A model generated the notes under the pieces. That model was given only the letters and a program-made list of their open reading frames with translations. It ran no database searches and had not been told where the DNA came from. A stretch of DNA of 64,000 nt from an uncultured delta proteobacterium (GTDB taxonomy: Bacteria; Desulfobacterota; Desulfobacteria; Desulfobacterales; QNYZ01), in contig CAWJQU010000005.1 of assembly GCA_963845145.1 (NCBI GenBank), forward strand, positions 992,001 to 1,056,000. The letters are read 5' to 3'. Shown piece by piece: positions 9,287 to 19,947 of this stretch. Position 1 is the first letter of the stretch, and each line of letters begins with the position of its first letter. The position numbers and the translations under genes are program-made.

Positions 9287-9871
9287 CTAATGGTATTTTT
9301 CCGCAGTTTTTAGAAAAGCCTCAATATCACTATTAAGAAGCAGGGGAAGTGTTTTTTCGATCTGGTCATCCGGCCACTGCCACCATTTGGTGTTCAACAA
9401 ACGCTGGATTGTATGATCGTCGAATCGTTTTTTAACGATCCGGGCCGGATTGCCAACGGCTACACCGTAAGGTAAAATGTCCTCGGCGACCACCGCCCGG
9501 GCACCGATGACGGCGCCGTCGCCGATCGTTACTCCGGATAAAATGACCGCATCGTTTCCAATCCAGACATCATTGCCGATTGTTACGTCTCCCCTGGTTT
9601 TCGGGTGCCCCTCAATTTTTTGACCGGCGGTCCAAAAAACACTGAACGGGTAGGTGGTCACCCAGTCCGTACGATGGTCACCCCCGAGAATAATTTTAAC
9701 CCCAGCGGCAATAGAGCAAAAGGCCCCGATCATCAAAGTGGCGCCATCTTTTTGTCTGAGTATTTCCAGGTCGGGCCCGTACGTACCCCGACCGATCCGG
9801 TATTGGGGGAATCGCTTGTGGAGGTTTTTTGCTTTTCGATGCAGCAGTTGTCTCAGAAAAGGTCTAATCAT
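9287..9871 (-). CDS. CatB/Vat-related hexapeptide-repeat O-acetyltransferase
   Basis: IGAFCSIA, HRTDWVTTYPF, IGNDVWIG..GVTIGDGAVIGA, GNPAR, KWWQW. Confidence 0.88.
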   Translation of the reverse strand: MIRPFLRQLLHRKAKNLHKRFPQYRIGRGTYGPDLEILRQKDGATLMIGAFCSIAAGVKIILGGDHRTDWVTTYPFSVFWTAGQKIEGHPKTRGDVTIGNDVWIGNDAVILSGVTIGDGAVIGARAVVAEDILPYGVAVGNPARIVKKRFDDHTIQRLLNTKWWQWPDDQIEKTLPLLLNSDIEAFLKTAEKYH

Positions 9872-9987
9872 GAAATACCGGTGCCTACCGCTACGATCAT
9901 CATTTTGGAGATGGTCTTGTTTGGGTTATTGAATTTAGTATTATCAATAATTTCCATTTATTTCAAGATATTATTGTACGATCTATT

Positions 9988-11529
9988 TTATCTGAGATCA
10001 CCTGTCCGACCCTGAGAGGGCATTTTAAAGAAATGGGTGATACAAGCGGGGACCTCGTCCGCTCGATGGGTGACGAATATGATGCGGGTATCCGTGGTCC
10101 GGCCGATATGATTAACCAGATTAAGTACGTGCCGGCGGTTGGTCCGATCAAGCCCCTGGCAAGGTTCGTCTAGAATCAGGACCTCGGGTGATTTGACCAT
10201 GGCCCGGGTGATCAGAACCATTTTCCTTTCTCCGAAAGACAACTGGTCGTACCGGTGGTGCATTAAAGCTGTCAGATTTAGGCGTTGAATCCATTCATTG
10301 GCACAATTTTGCTGGGTTTTCGTGCATGAACGGTACAACCCGATACTATCGAAAAACCCGGAGCGCACCACATCGATGGCGGGAATTCTTTTACGGTATT
10401 GGCGCTGTAATTCGGCGGATACGATGCCAAACCTTTTTTTGATTTCCCAAATACTCTCACCGGATCCCCGCTGTCGGCCGAAGAGGTGAATATCATTGGC
10501 GTAGGCCTGCAAGTGATCGCCGGTAATCAGCTGTAATAACGTTGTTTTCCCGGATCCGTTGGGGCCGAGGACAGCCCAGTTTTCCCCCTTGTTCACCTTC
10601 CATGACAGGTGTTCGAATACGGTTATGGTACCGTAGCGAACCGAGGCGTTGCGAATGTCTATGATCGTTTGGTCCGTTTCACCGGTTGGAGGGTTGATTT
10701 TAAAGTCCGGTTGCGTCAGCCTGGCGGACGCGTCGTACAGCGCGTCGATTAAATGGGGCGCCAGCATTTCTTTGCGTTTTCCCTGGGCAACCACTCGGCC
10801 CCCTTTTATCGCGATGATATACTCAATTTTGTTGGGAATGTCGTCGAAGCGGTGTGAAACTAAAATGACCTGAACGCCGTGGCCCATCATTGTATCCAGC
10901 ATCATGCTCAGGTTTCGGCGATGATCGACATCCAGGCCGGCAAAAGGCTCATCTAGAATCAGCAAGCCTTTGGATTTTATGAGGGCGCGGGCTATAAAGG
11001 ACCGGCGCAGTTCGCCGGATGATAACCGACGCACTTCCCGTTTCAATAGATGGACAAGGTCAAGACGGTCAAGGACAGTATCGATTTTACCCATCGGCGT
11101 ATCGACGCCTGAGCGATTGTAATCGATGAGATCCTCGACTAAAAGCAGATCGTTGGCCCTGCCTGAAAAGTAGCGCGCCTCGTCGCGGGCCCGTTCCCGA
11201 TCAATCAGACGCTGTTCCGCCTCGAAAGAGACGTACCCTACAGCTTCGGGAGCAGCCATCGCATGATGACGCGCTAACGACCCGGCGACCACCGGCACCT
11301 GACCGGTGATAGATCGCATGAGGGACGTTTTGCCTGCTCCATTGGGACCGATAACGGCCCAGTTCTCTCCAGAGCGAACTTCCCAGTTTGTGTCGGCTAA
11401 AATTCGAGAATCCCGTACCCGCAGGGTTACCGCGGACATGGAAAAAATTTTATCATAGGCCTGTCCGATTTTTACACGGGAAATCACGGTGTGATTTGGA
11501 TCTGGTGAATGATCGGTTACCTGCCCCAT
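9988..11529 (-). CDS. modF: ModF-like tandem ABC ATPase
   Basis: Two NBDs (GPNGAGKT/LSSGE and GPNGSGKT/LSFGE); GSGESIWEIK motif. Confidence 0.8.
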   Translation of the reverse strand: MGQVTDHSPDPNHTVISRVKIGQAYDKIFSMSAVTLRVRDSRILADTNWEVRSGENWAVIGPNGAGKTSLMRSITGQVPVVAGSLARHHAMAAPEAVGYVSFEAEQRLIDRERARDEARYFSGRANDLLLVEDLIDYNRSGVDTPMGKIDTVLDRLDLVHLLKREVRRLSSGELRRSFIARALIKSKGLLILDEPFAGLDVDHRRNLSMMLDTMMGHGVQVILVSHRFDDIPNKIEYIIAIKGGRVVAQGKRKEMLAPHLIDALYDASARLTQPDFKINPPTGETDQTIIDIRNASVRYGTITVFEHLSWKVNKGENWAVLGPNGSGKTTLLQLITGDHLQAYANDIHLFGRQRGSGESIWEIKKRFGIVSAELQRQYRKRIPAIDVVRSGFFDSIGLYRSCTKTQQNCANEWIQRLNLTALMHHRYDQLSFGERKMVLITRAMVKSPEVLILDEPCQGLDRTNRRHVLNLVNHIGRTTDTRIIFVTHRADEVPACITHFFKMPSQGRTGDLR

Positions 11530-11566
11530 AAGATATCGTTTTTATACACAGTTGATTATATCCAAT

Positions 11567-12577
11567 TTATTCCGGCCGAAAGGGACGGCCGAGGGATGCC
11601 GGTGCGTTCCCGGTGAATACACGCAAAAACCGATGCAGCCATCCGTGCCCACCGTAGCGTGCGTTGCGTGAAGTTGATGGGTCGGGCAACCCCTTGTCGG
11701 AAATTTTCTGGGCGTAAGAGATCGCCAGAAGCGTAAAGATCATCAATGGAAACGGTGCCACCTGGAAAACCTGGGTGGGAATCGACGGCAGCCATCCCTG
11801 GAGGTAAATGCCGATGACCTGTAAAAAGGCAAAAAGATATGCGCCAAAAGCAACCCGCAGTGGGTGCCACCCCCCAAAAATGACCAGGGCCAAAGCGATC
11901 CAGCCGGACCCTTCCGCCCCCTGGGGTCGGCCCCAACCGGGTTTGATGGCCAATGAAAAAGCCGCCCCGGCCAGTCCTACGAGCAGGCCACCGCAAACCG
12001 TGTATAAAAACTGTAGTTTACTCGGATTGATGCCCCGGGCATAAGCGGCGGCCGGATGCTCACCGACACTGCGAAGGGATAACCCCATGGGGGTTCGAAA
12101 AAGATACCACCAGCAGAAAAAGATACCTATTAGACTGGTATAGACTGGTATAGAGTGGGAAAAAAAAACCGGGCCGAAAAAGGGCAAATCCTGCAAAATG
12201 GGTACAGGCATGGGCAGTGCCTGGGGGCCGGGTAAACGCGCATACGGGTTGCCCAGGAAATAAGCCAAATCACGGGTCATCAGCGTAAGTACGAATCCCA
12301 CGGCTACCTGGGATTGGCCGAGATAGATACTAAAAAACGCCACCAGTGCAGCCACGAGACCGCCCACCGCTGCGGCCGTCACAAATCCCAAGACCACGCT
12401 TTTTGTATGATAAGCCACGACAAAGGCGGTCATGGCGCTCAGCAAAATGGTTCCATCCAGGGAAAGGTTGACGATGCCGGCCCGTTCGGTAATGGTTTCG
12501 CCCAGCGCTGCCAGTAGAACGGGTGTGGCCCCGGCCAACACACTGGCCAACAGGATAGTGATATTGATCTCAAGCAT
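11567..12577 (-). CDS. Nucleoside/sugar (CUT2) ABC permease
   Basis: ALGETITERAGIVNLSLDG, LRSVGEHP motifs; hydrophobic. Confidence 0.9.
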   Translation of the reverse strand: MLEINITILLASVLAGATPVLLAALGETITERAGIVNLSLDGTILLSAMTAFVVAYHTKSVVLGFVTAAAVGGLVAALVAFFSIYLGQSQVAVGFVLTLMTRDLAYFLGNPYARLPGPQALPMPVPILQDLPFFGPVFFSHSIPVYTSLIGIFFCWWYLFRTPMGLSLRSVGEHPAAAYARGINPSKLQFLYTVCGGLLVGLAGAAFSLAIKPGWGRPQGAEGSGWIALALVIFGGWHPLRVAFGAYLFAFLQVIGIYLQGWLPSIPTQVFQVAPFPLMIFTLLAISYAQKISDKGLPDPSTSRNARYGGHGWLHRFLRVFTGNAPASLGRPFRPE

Positions 12578-13670
12578 CGGGTATCATCTCTTTTGACGCG
12601 GACTTTAACCGTTGCTGTTTGCGCCAGCCATAGAATCTGTGGGCCGCTAAAACAGTCAGAACCAGCGACCCCTGAATGACGCCGGATAACGATGAATCCA
12701 CCTGTAATACGATGGGCAATTGAATACTGCCCACGTTCAGCCCGGCAAAAAAGAGGGCGACAATGGGTACCAGCCAGATGTTATAATTGGCCAGCATCAC
12801 CACAAGTAAACTCAAATAGCCGTAATTGCTGGAAATAGCCGGAATGAGGCGATGATAAACGCCGGTGACCTGAAAAGCGCCGGCCAGACCGGCGAACCCA
12901 CCGGCGAAAACCATGGCCAAAAGCATGTAGCGACCCGGTTTCAGGCCGAAAAGGACCGTTGCACGGGCATTGGCGCCGATGGCCTTCAGGTTAAGGCCGA
13001 TGCGGCTATAGCGCAACATGATAGCGGTGGCCAAAAGGGCCAAAAGGGCCAAGGCCAATCCAACCGGAGAAAGACGCCACCCGGGTATATAGGATAACCA
13101 CAGCGTATCGGGTAACAGCTCCGTTCCGCTCATGGAGGCCACCCCCGGTCGCTTCCAGGGACCAAAAATCAGCCATAAAATGATTCCCTGGGCGACAAAA
13201 TTCATTCCCAAACCGGCAAATATTTCGTGGACATTGCCTCTGGTTTTCAGCCATCCGGCAATGGCGGCCCAGATCGCTCCGCCGACAATGGCGGCCGGAA
13301 AGGTAAGGATAAACGAAATCGCAGGTGAACCGCTCCCAATACCTGTTTGTAATAATGCGGTTGCAAATACAGCCCCCATCATCACCTGGCCCTCGATACC
13401 GATGTTCCATAATCCGATTCGAAAGGTAAACAGCAATCCACAGGAGCAGAGCATCAGGGGAATCCACGCTTTAAGCACATGGGAAAATTTAATCCAACTG
13501 CCCAATGATCCGAGGAAGATATGATAATACGCGGCCAGCGGTGGCGCTCCGGCCGAATAGATGACGAGTGTCGTAAAGATGAATACGGCGATAAGGGAGA
13601 CAAATGTGCGGCCTAGGAGACCAAACAGGTTTCCGGTATTTCTATCGGAGCCATGGGTAATCGTGGTCAT
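12570..13670 (-). CDS. Nucleoside/sugar (CUT2) ABC permease
   Basis: GLWNIGIEGQ motif; multiple TM segments. Confidence 0.9.
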   Translation of the reverse strand: MTTITHGSDRNTGNLFGLLGRTFVSLIAVFIFTTLVIYSAGAPPLAAYYHIFLGSLGSWIKFSHVLKAWIPLMLCSCGLLFTFRIGLWNIGIEGQVMMGAVFATALLQTGIGSGSPAISFILTFPAAIVGGAIWAAIAGWLKTRGNVHEIFAGLGMNFVAQGIILWLIFGPWKRPGVASMSGTELLPDTLWLSYIPGWRLSPVGLALALLALLATAIMLRYSRIGLNLKAIGANARATVLFGLKPGRYMLLAMVFAGGFAGLAGAFQVTGVYHRLIPAISSNYGYLSLLVVMLANYNIWLVPIVALFFAGLNVGSIQLPIVLQVDSSLSGVIQGSLVLTVLAAHRFYGWRKQQRLKSASKEMIPDA

Positions 13671-15136
13671 TGGCGCGTCTCTCCGCCAGCCACTGCGCGT
13701 CCCAAGATCTCGGCATCGGCTTTATGGGCAGAAATATCCGCGACGACATTTCCGTTATAAAAAACAATGGCGCGATCTGCGACCATCAGAATCTCGTCTA
13801 GTTCAGCTGAAGCGAAAACAATGGCCGCCCCGGCGGCAGCATAGGCTTGAAGATGATGCCATACCCAATGGGCAGATCCCACATCCAAACCGCGGGTGGG
13901 GTTTTCCAGAAGGAGAATCGTGGGGTCTGAGGGCAATAAGGAAAGAAGTAATCGTTGCTGGTTCCCACCGGACAGTGCGTCGGCGTTCGTGTTGGGTTGG
14001 CCTTTTATATTGAATTGGGCAATGCTTTTTTCGGCCTGTATTTCGGCGGCTTTCCGGTCTGAAAAAAATCCACCCCGATTAACATTCAGACAAAAATGCT
14101 CGGTAATGGATAATCCTGGAATCAGCCCCTCTTCAATGCGTGACGCGGGTATAAAGGCGCCACCTTTTTTTTTGAAGTCGTGATATCCGGAACCGTTTAA
14201 TTTTTCACCGCCGATGATGGCCTGGCCTTCGAAGGGTTGCGCGAGCCCGGCGGCGATTCGTAAAAATATTCCCTGGCCGCTGCCTTCCAGGCCGGCAAGT
14301 CCTACGATTTCACCGGCATGAATGGTCGCGCTGCAATTATTTAACCCGGCGCGCCCACCCCGGGCGGAAACATTTTTAAGCGCCAACACCGGCTTGCCGG
14401 GTTGGGCAGGTTGATGGACCGGTGGGGCGGGCAGGGCACCAAACATCATGGTTAATAGCCGGTCGGTCTGAAAGGGAGCCGTCATGCGACCGGATACCTT
14501 TCCCTGGCGCATCACCGTCACCTCATTGCACAAAGCGATCACATCTTCCAGTTTGTGGGAAACGAGAATCACGCTTTTCCCATTAGCCACCATGGTTTTT
14601 AAACCCGAGAAAAGGATCTCTTTTTGGGTCCGGGATATGCCGGTTGTAGGCTCGTCTAGGATGAGGACCTGGATGTTCAGTGCCAACAGCCGTAGGATCT
14701 CCAGCTGTTGCCGTTCACCCACAGTCAAGCGATTGAGTTGGGCGCTCGGTTCCAGTTGAAAGCCGAGCTGTGAGGCTTGTTTCGACAATTCGGCACGAGA
14801 CGTTTCTTTGCGTTCAATCAGTCCGAATGTTTGTCCGATCATGAAATTGTCTAAAACAGTGAGTTGGGGAAAATCAAGCGGCTCCTGATGAAGCATACCG
14901 ATTTTATAGTGAGCCGCTAATGCAGGGGTATCGATATCCACCGTTTGGCCGTCGATTCGCGTCGTACCGTGGGTTTTTCGGGCAAAGCCGGTAAGGATTT
15001 TCATCAACGTGCTTTTACCGGCCCCATTTTCTCCTAAAATACCATGGATCGAACCGGACTGAATGGTTAGAGATACCCCATCATTGGCCCGTATATCGCC
15101 GTAATGCTTGTGGATATTTTTTAGCTCAATCTGCAT
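13667..15136 (-). CDS. CUT2 ABC transporter ATP-binding protein
   Basis: GENGAGKSTLM, LILDEPT, LSGGNQQ, NPTRGLDVG. Confidence 0.92.
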   Translation of the reverse strand: MQIELKNIHKHYGDIRANDGVSLTIQSGSIHGILGENGAGKSTLMKILTGFARKTHGTTRIDGQTVDIDTPALAAHYKIGMLHQEPLDFPQLTVLDNFMIGQTFGLIERKETSRAELSKQASQLGFQLEPSAQLNRLTVGERQQLEILRLLALNIQVLILDEPTTGISRTQKEILFSGLKTMVANGKSVILVSHKLEDVIALCNEVTVMRQGKVSGRMTAPFQTDRLLTMMFGALPAPPVHQPAQPGKPVLALKNVSARGGRAGLNNCSATIHAGEIVGLAGLEGSGQGIFLRIAAGLAQPFEGQAIIGGEKLNGSGYHDFKKKGGAFIPASRIEEGLIPGLSITEHFCLNVNRGGFFSDRKAAEIQAEKSIAQFNIKGQPNTNADALSGGNQQRLLLSLLPSDPTILLLENPTRGLDVGSAHWVWHHLQAYAAAGAAIVFASAELDEILMVADRAIVFYNGNVVADISAHKADAEILGRAVAGGETRQ

Positions 15137-15264
15137 ATGTCAATCTAAATGGCCTGGGAGCCCATGTACAAATAGAAAGAATGAGATGTCATTGGATGTG
15201 CGGCCTTACAGGGCGTAGAAATCCATTCGGAAAAAATTTTAATAACTACTGGATGAAACGAAAC

Positions 15265-15297
15265 AAAAAGCGCGGGGGCTTTCGGACACACCCCCGC
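15265..15297 (-). terminator. Rho-independent terminator or stabilising hairpin after the BMP gene
   Basis: GCGGGGG/CCCCCGC stem followed by GCTTTTTG on the minus strand. Confidence 0.6.
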
Positions 15298-15343
15298 ACC
15301 AGGACTTAACTTTGCCAAATATTCGACCAAATGATCAAACGGC

Positions 15344-16537
15344 TTATTTGGCGCTGCTTTGCCCATCCATACCTTGTAGAAGCTGTTTGAGATACCAGAC
15401 CTGTTGGTCGGTGGCTTTTTCACCGTCTTTTAAAAAGACCGATCCATCTTGATATTGAAGCGGTCCTGTGAACAGGTCGATTTTACTGCTCCCCAGGTCG
15501 GCGATGAATTGGTCCAGGGCTTTTTTCGCATCAGCAGAGAGGGCCGGACCGGGCTTAAACCCGATCGAGCTCGTATCCGGATTGTTGAGATCGGCCCAGT
15601 CCGGTCCCAACCATTCCCATTTGGAGGCCCATTTTCCATTTTTTGCCGCTTTGATCATTTCGAGATATCCAGGGCCCCAATTAAAATAGGGTACGCCGAG
15701 ACAAATCTCGGCGCCGCCTTCACAGGCACCGATGTAGTCATAAGGAACGGCATAAACGTTTTTACCTGCCTGGCGTTTTTGCTGGGCCACCACCACTGCC
15801 TCCGTCGTATCGATGCCGGAAATGACAACATCATAGTCTGTATCGAAAAAGCTTTGGGCCACTTGGGTGGGGTCGGCAGTGACGCCGGGAATGTTAAACC
15901 AGAAACCGATCCAGGTGATTTTAAATTTGAGTTCGTCGGGATTTTTTTTGAGTACTTTTTCCCAGGCATAGCGGGCGCCCAAATAGCAAGACGAGGCTAA
16001 ACGCCGGGTTTCTTCATTGATCAGCGGTCCCAGATAGCCGATTTTACCGGTCTGGGTCGTCATGGCGGCGACAAATCCGGCCATCATTTTGCCGTATTCC
16101 ATCCGCCCCATGAGGTTGGCCATGTTTTTAGGCGCTTTTCCAGTGAGGACATCATCACCCGAAATATGGATAAATTGAATGTCGGGGTGCATCTTGGCTG
16201 CTTCACGAGCGCCGTCTTTCATATCATCGGAATTGGCGATGATCAATTTGGCGCCCTTTTCCACCATGTCATCGACAAGCTGAGGAATGGTGACACCGGG
16301 TCGATCGGCCGGATTGACCTTGTCAATATAGATCATCTTGGTGCCGGGAATTTTTTCCTCGATGTATTTCCCACCATCGAAATGGGCCTGGCTCCATCCG
16401 TGATCGTTATATGGGCCCACCAATAGCAGGCCGAAAGTGAATGGATTCTCAGTGGCGCTCACTGTGGGCTGGAACAAGAATCCTGATGAAATGGCCAAAA
16501 TGGCCAACCACAACAGAAAAGACCGTTTTTTCTTCAT
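15344..16537 (-). CDS. BMP-family ABC substrate-binding protein
   Basis: Signal peptide; GPYNDHGWSQAH, TGKIGYLG, YFNWGP motifs. Confidence 0.9.
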   Translation of the reverse strand: MKKKRSFLLWLAILAISSGFLFQPTVSATENPFTFGLLLVGPYNDHGWSQAHFDGGKYIEEKIPGTKMIYIDKVNPADRPGVTIPQLVDDMVEKGAKLIIANSDDMKDGAREAAKMHPDIQFIHISGDDVLTGKAPKNMANLMGRMEYGKMMAGFVAAMTTQTGKIGYLGPLINEETRRLASSCYLGARYAWEKVLKKNPDELKFKITWIGFWFNIPGVTADPTQVAQSFFDTDYDVVISGIDTTEAVVVAQQKRQAGKNVYAVPYDYIGACEGGAEICLGVPYFNWGPGYLEMIKAAKNGKWASKWEWLGPDWADLNNPDTSSIGFKPGPALSADAKKALDQFIADLGSSKIDLFTGPLQYQDGSVFLKDGEKATDQQVWYLKQLLQGMDGQSSAK

Positions 16538-16804
16538 TAACTACCTCCTGACCGTAAATGGGTTGGTAAATAAATCGGGCTCACTTTAGAGAAAGGACTA
16601 TAAGTGTAAAGAACGAATCAGGTCAAGTGTTAAGCTTATCGGTTCCTGATAAAAAAGGATTCTTTTGCCCATTTTCTTTTGTTGACATGTAACCTTATTT
16701 TGTGTTTTAAGGAAGATTTGGTTAAAAAGAGCGGTTCAATACCAATGGGCTCATTCGTGATTGGATTGCCCGTATTTAAATAACAGTAAATTGGGAGGTG
16801 CATT

Positions 16805-17221
16805 TTGTATGGTTTTGAAGCCATCTCGGCCCATAATGGTTGGGCCATGGCCCTGGCCGGTGCACTGATTGTTTTTTCCGGATTGGTCATTCTTTCTACA
16901 GTGATTTCGCAACTACACAAGGTGCTCGGTTTTTTTGAAGGCGGAATCAAGCGCACTAAAAACAATAGTGCGACGCCTGCGGATCAGGTGGCATCAGACC
17001 CGCCTACGCAGGACAAGGAATATCGTTTTCTCGACAATGTAATACAGGTAATCGATGATTATAAAGTTGCCTCCGAAACGCTGGGCGAACCTTTCGCATT
17101 GACGGAACTTTACCGGCTTGCCGGGGAGATGGACGCTCCCCACCCCCACCTTACGATTTCCTATTTGAGACAACATCAATATCTAGTACCGACGGGAGAC
17201 GGGTTGTTCTCCTGGCGTTAA
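16805..17221 (+). CDS. OadG-family Na+-decarboxylase gamma/delta subunit
   Basis: Single N-terminal TM (AGALIVFSGLVILS); GGAGG RBS; directly upstream of oadB. Confidence 0.75.
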   Translation: MYGFEAISAHNGWAMALAGALIVFSGLVILSTVISQLHKVLGFFEGGIKRTKNNSATPADQVASDPPTQDKEYRFLDNVIQVIDDYKVASETLGEPFALTELYRLAGEMDAPHPHLTISYLRQHQYLVPTGDGLFSWR

Positions 17222-17259
17222 AACACGCTCGTATACGAATTAAAAGAGGTAGGGTTTAA

Positions 17260-18390
17260 ATGGAGATGCTTTTTCAATTTTTATCGACCACCGGATATTA
17301 TCTTGCCGATTATCGCCACATCGTTATGTTGATTGTGGGGTGTATTTTTGTCTATCTGGGTACGGCCAAGAGCTATGAACCGCTTTTGTTGATTCCCATC
17401 GGTTTCGGTGTTATCGTCGGCAACGTCCCGTTTTTTAAAGGGTTTGGCCTGGGTGTTTATGAGCCGGGAAGTGTATTGAACTACCTCTACTTCGGTGTTC
17501 GCACCGGGTTATATCCATCGATTGTCTTTTTGGGTTTGGGCGCCATGACCGATTTTTCGTCCTTGTTGGCAAAGCCCAAACTGATGCTGCTTGGCGCTGC
17601 TGCCCAGATGGGCATCTATTTTACCCTGCTTAGCGCACTGTTTTTGGGGTTTTTGCCCAAAGAAGCTTCATCTATTGCCATTATCGGTGGTGCCGATGGC
17701 CCCACATCAATCTTTTTGACAGCCAAACTGGCCCCGCATCTGATCGGCCCTGTGGCCATAGCGGCCTATTCATACATGGCCCTGATTCCTGTGATTCAGC
17801 CCCCCATCATGCGCTTGTTGACAACGAAGGCCGAACGCCGGATTCGAATGACCGAGCCGACCCGGGAAGTCACCCGCAAAGAGCGCGTGGTTTTTCCAAT
17901 TGCCGGAGTCATACTTTGCTGTTTTTTGGCACCGGCATCGATTCCATTGTTGGGGCCCTTTTTCTTTGGTAATTTTCTCAAGGAATGCGGGGTGACCAAT
18001 CGACTGGCTCAGACTGCTCGGACGTCAATCATTGATACCGCCACGATTTTTCTCGGTTTTGAGGTGGGTGCCAGCACCCAGGGGGATGTTTTTCTTACCG
18101 CCAAATCGGTGGGAATCTTTTTTCTGGGAGCCGTCGCTTTTTCCATTGCCACAGGGTCAGGGGTGCTTTTCGCAAAAATCATGAACCTTTTTTCAAAAGA
18201 AAAAATCAATCCTTTGTTGGGAGCCTCAGGCGTTTCAGCTGTTCCCGGTTCAGCCCGTGAAGTTCATCTGATGGGCCTTAAAGCCGATCCGAGCAACTAC
18301 CTTCTGATGCATGCAATGGCTTGCAACTCATCTGGTGTCATCGGTTCGGCCATTTGTGCCGGCATTCTTTGGAGTTTTAACGCCGGATAA
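17260..18390 (+). CDS. oadB: Na+-translocating decarboxylase beta subunit
   Basis: YEPLLLIPIGFG, GAMTDF, IIGGADGPT, AYSYMAL..PVIQPP, GVSAVP. Confidence 0.92.
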   Translation: MEMLFQFLSTTGYYLADYRHIVMLIVGCIFVYLGTAKSYEPLLLIPIGFGVIVGNVPFFKGFGLGVYEPGSVLNYLYFGVRTGLYPSIVFLGLGAMTDFSSLLAKPKLMLLGAAAQMGIYFTLLSALFLGFLPKEASSIAIIGGADGPTSIFLTAKLAPHLIGPVAIAAYSYMALIPVIQPPIMRLLTTKAERRIRMTEPTREVTRKERVVFPIAGVILCCFLAPASIPLLGPFFFGNFLKECGVTNRLAQTARTSIIDTATIFLGFEVGASTQGDVFLTAKSVGIFFLGAVAFSIATGSGVLFAKIMNLFSKEKINPLLGASGVSAVPGSAREVHLMGLKADPSNYLLMHAMACNSSGVIGSAICAGILWSFNAG

Positions 18391-18412
18391 AATGGGGCCA
18401 AAGTTGTACTAA

Positions 18413-18577
18413 GGGTTCGTGTAAAAATAAGTTAACAGTTTTAGGTGTTGAGGCGCGCGCCTGACAAGGCGTGAAAGTGCAGGAATATCGAGATATTTCT
18501 AGCTTTCGCAACGTCGCCAGGCGGGATGCATCACGATGCATCGGCGCTTAAAATGTGAAATGTTTTTACGGGAGCCC
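18413..18577 (+). mobile_element. MITE-like element, copy 1
   Basis: Near-identical inverted copy at 52107-52272; imperfect ~30 bp terminal IRs (GGGTTCGTGTAAAAA...TTTTTACGGGAGCCC); no transposase ORF. Confidence 0.8.
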
Positions 18578-19036
18578 TGAGGTCCGGGTCCGGCTAAAGA
18601 AATTACCTTCAACCCATTGGGTGATCATCCACACCAATCCATCAGGACCAACAACATTAGAATCAAGTTGTCCATATACTAGGATTCGACAGGCGACAGA
18701 GATGGTTGCGTGCTATCGATAATCCCTGGTCACCGCCGAACCATCCCACCACAAATATTCGATTTGGCTAAATTGTTTTAACCTGCATCGCACAGTGATT
18801 CCTTGATAAACGAAATTCGGTAGTAGCTTGTGTTAAATACACCAGCCTAAAACAACGATCCTACAAACCAGTGATATTCAGTAAGAAATACATGTTGGGG
18901 AAAGATCTCTCCCCGCAGGTGCCCGCGCATACACTATACAGGATTGCTTTTCCACAGGACGGGGCCAACGAATGGATTTTGAAAAATAAATGGCAAAAAA
19001 GGGATGCGTTTTAAAATGGGGAAGCGAATAAACCAA

Positions 19037-19067
19037 AAACAGGCGCCGGATCTACCGGCACCTGTTT
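19037..19067 (-). terminator. Rho-independent terminator
   Basis: AAACAGGCGCCGG-loop-CCGGCACCTGTTT downstream of the lipoprotein gene. Confidence 0.7.
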
Positions 19068-19098
19068 GATTGATTGATTTGAAAATAAATCGTGCTAA

Positions 19099-19947
19099 TT
19101 ACATAACACGTTCGATTTTTTTGGCATCGCCTTCACCCAACTGGACGGCCTTCTTTTGGGATAGCTTAAAGACCATATTGGCGGTTTGATCGCCCACCCA
19201 GATAATACCATCGACCCACTCAAGAGATCCGGGCCGGGTTAATTGTTTGGGAAGGTCCAGTTTTTCGTTAGTCATACCTGCGTCAAGATTCATTTTTACC
19301 AACTGCGGATTGACCGAATGGGTTTGGGAGCGTCGGACAGCCTCCATTCCGACAACCCATAATCCTCCCTGTCCGTCCCATGCCAAACCTGATGGGTATC
19401 GAATCGGGGATCGGTATGTTTCCAGAATGGTTCCATCCGTTGTGGTTATTTTGTAGATCGCGCCTTCCTTTTCATCGGCAACCCAAAGATTCTCTCCATC
19501 GTAGGTCATACCGCTGGGCGTCGGGCCGGGAGACGGAAATGAGTTCAGTTCCGTGTGATTGTAGTCCACCTTTATGATGGCCTGATTGGCCTGGTCGGCT
19601 ATCCACAGATACCCATATTCACAGCAATCCCCCTCCCAGGCCATTCCGCAAACCGAGATCTCCGCCATCGATTGATTCGGATACTGGCCGTGCAGGTAGT
19701 AATTGGGGGCATCCATCTTATCATTGGCGATAGCGATCCACTGGGTTTTGATGTTTCGAGCGGTAACAACTTGATTCAATGCGCCGAGAACAAGATCACG
19801 GCCATCCCAGGCGAGCGCACGAGGGCCGACACTGGATTCATTCTCAAAAGGTTTGAACAGCGTTGTTTTGAATTGTTGCGGGCTACAGGCGGTGAGAGCG
19901 ATGACACTGATCAGTAGTGATAATAAAAGGACCGTTTTCCCTTTCAT
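19099..19947 (-). CDS. Lipoprotein with beta-propeller-like repeats (glutamine cyclotransferase/YncE-like)
   Basis: Lipobox LTAC; repeated GLAWDG/GMTYDG..LWVAD blades; GGAGG RBS before ATG 19947. Confidence 0.75.
   Translation of the reverse strand: MKGKTVLLLSLLISVIALTACSPQQFKTTLFKPFENESSVGPRALAWDGRDLVLGALNQVVTARNIKTQWIAIANDKMDAPNYYLHGQYPNQSMAEISVCGMAWEGDCCEYGYLWIADQANQAIIKVDYNHTELNSFPSPGPTPSGMTYDGENLWVADEKEGAIYKITTTDGTILETYRSPIRYPSGLAWDGQGGLWVVGMEAVRRSQTHSVNPQLVKMNLDAGMTNEKLDLPKQLTRPGSLEWVDGIIWVGDQTANMVFKLSQKKAVQLGEGDAKKIERVM

Noticed and set aside
18580..19020. tmRNA or other ncRNA (GGATTCGAC at about 18682)
   Set aside because: No GGGG 5' acceptor end, tag ORF or tRNA-like 3' end found; the region remains unexplained.
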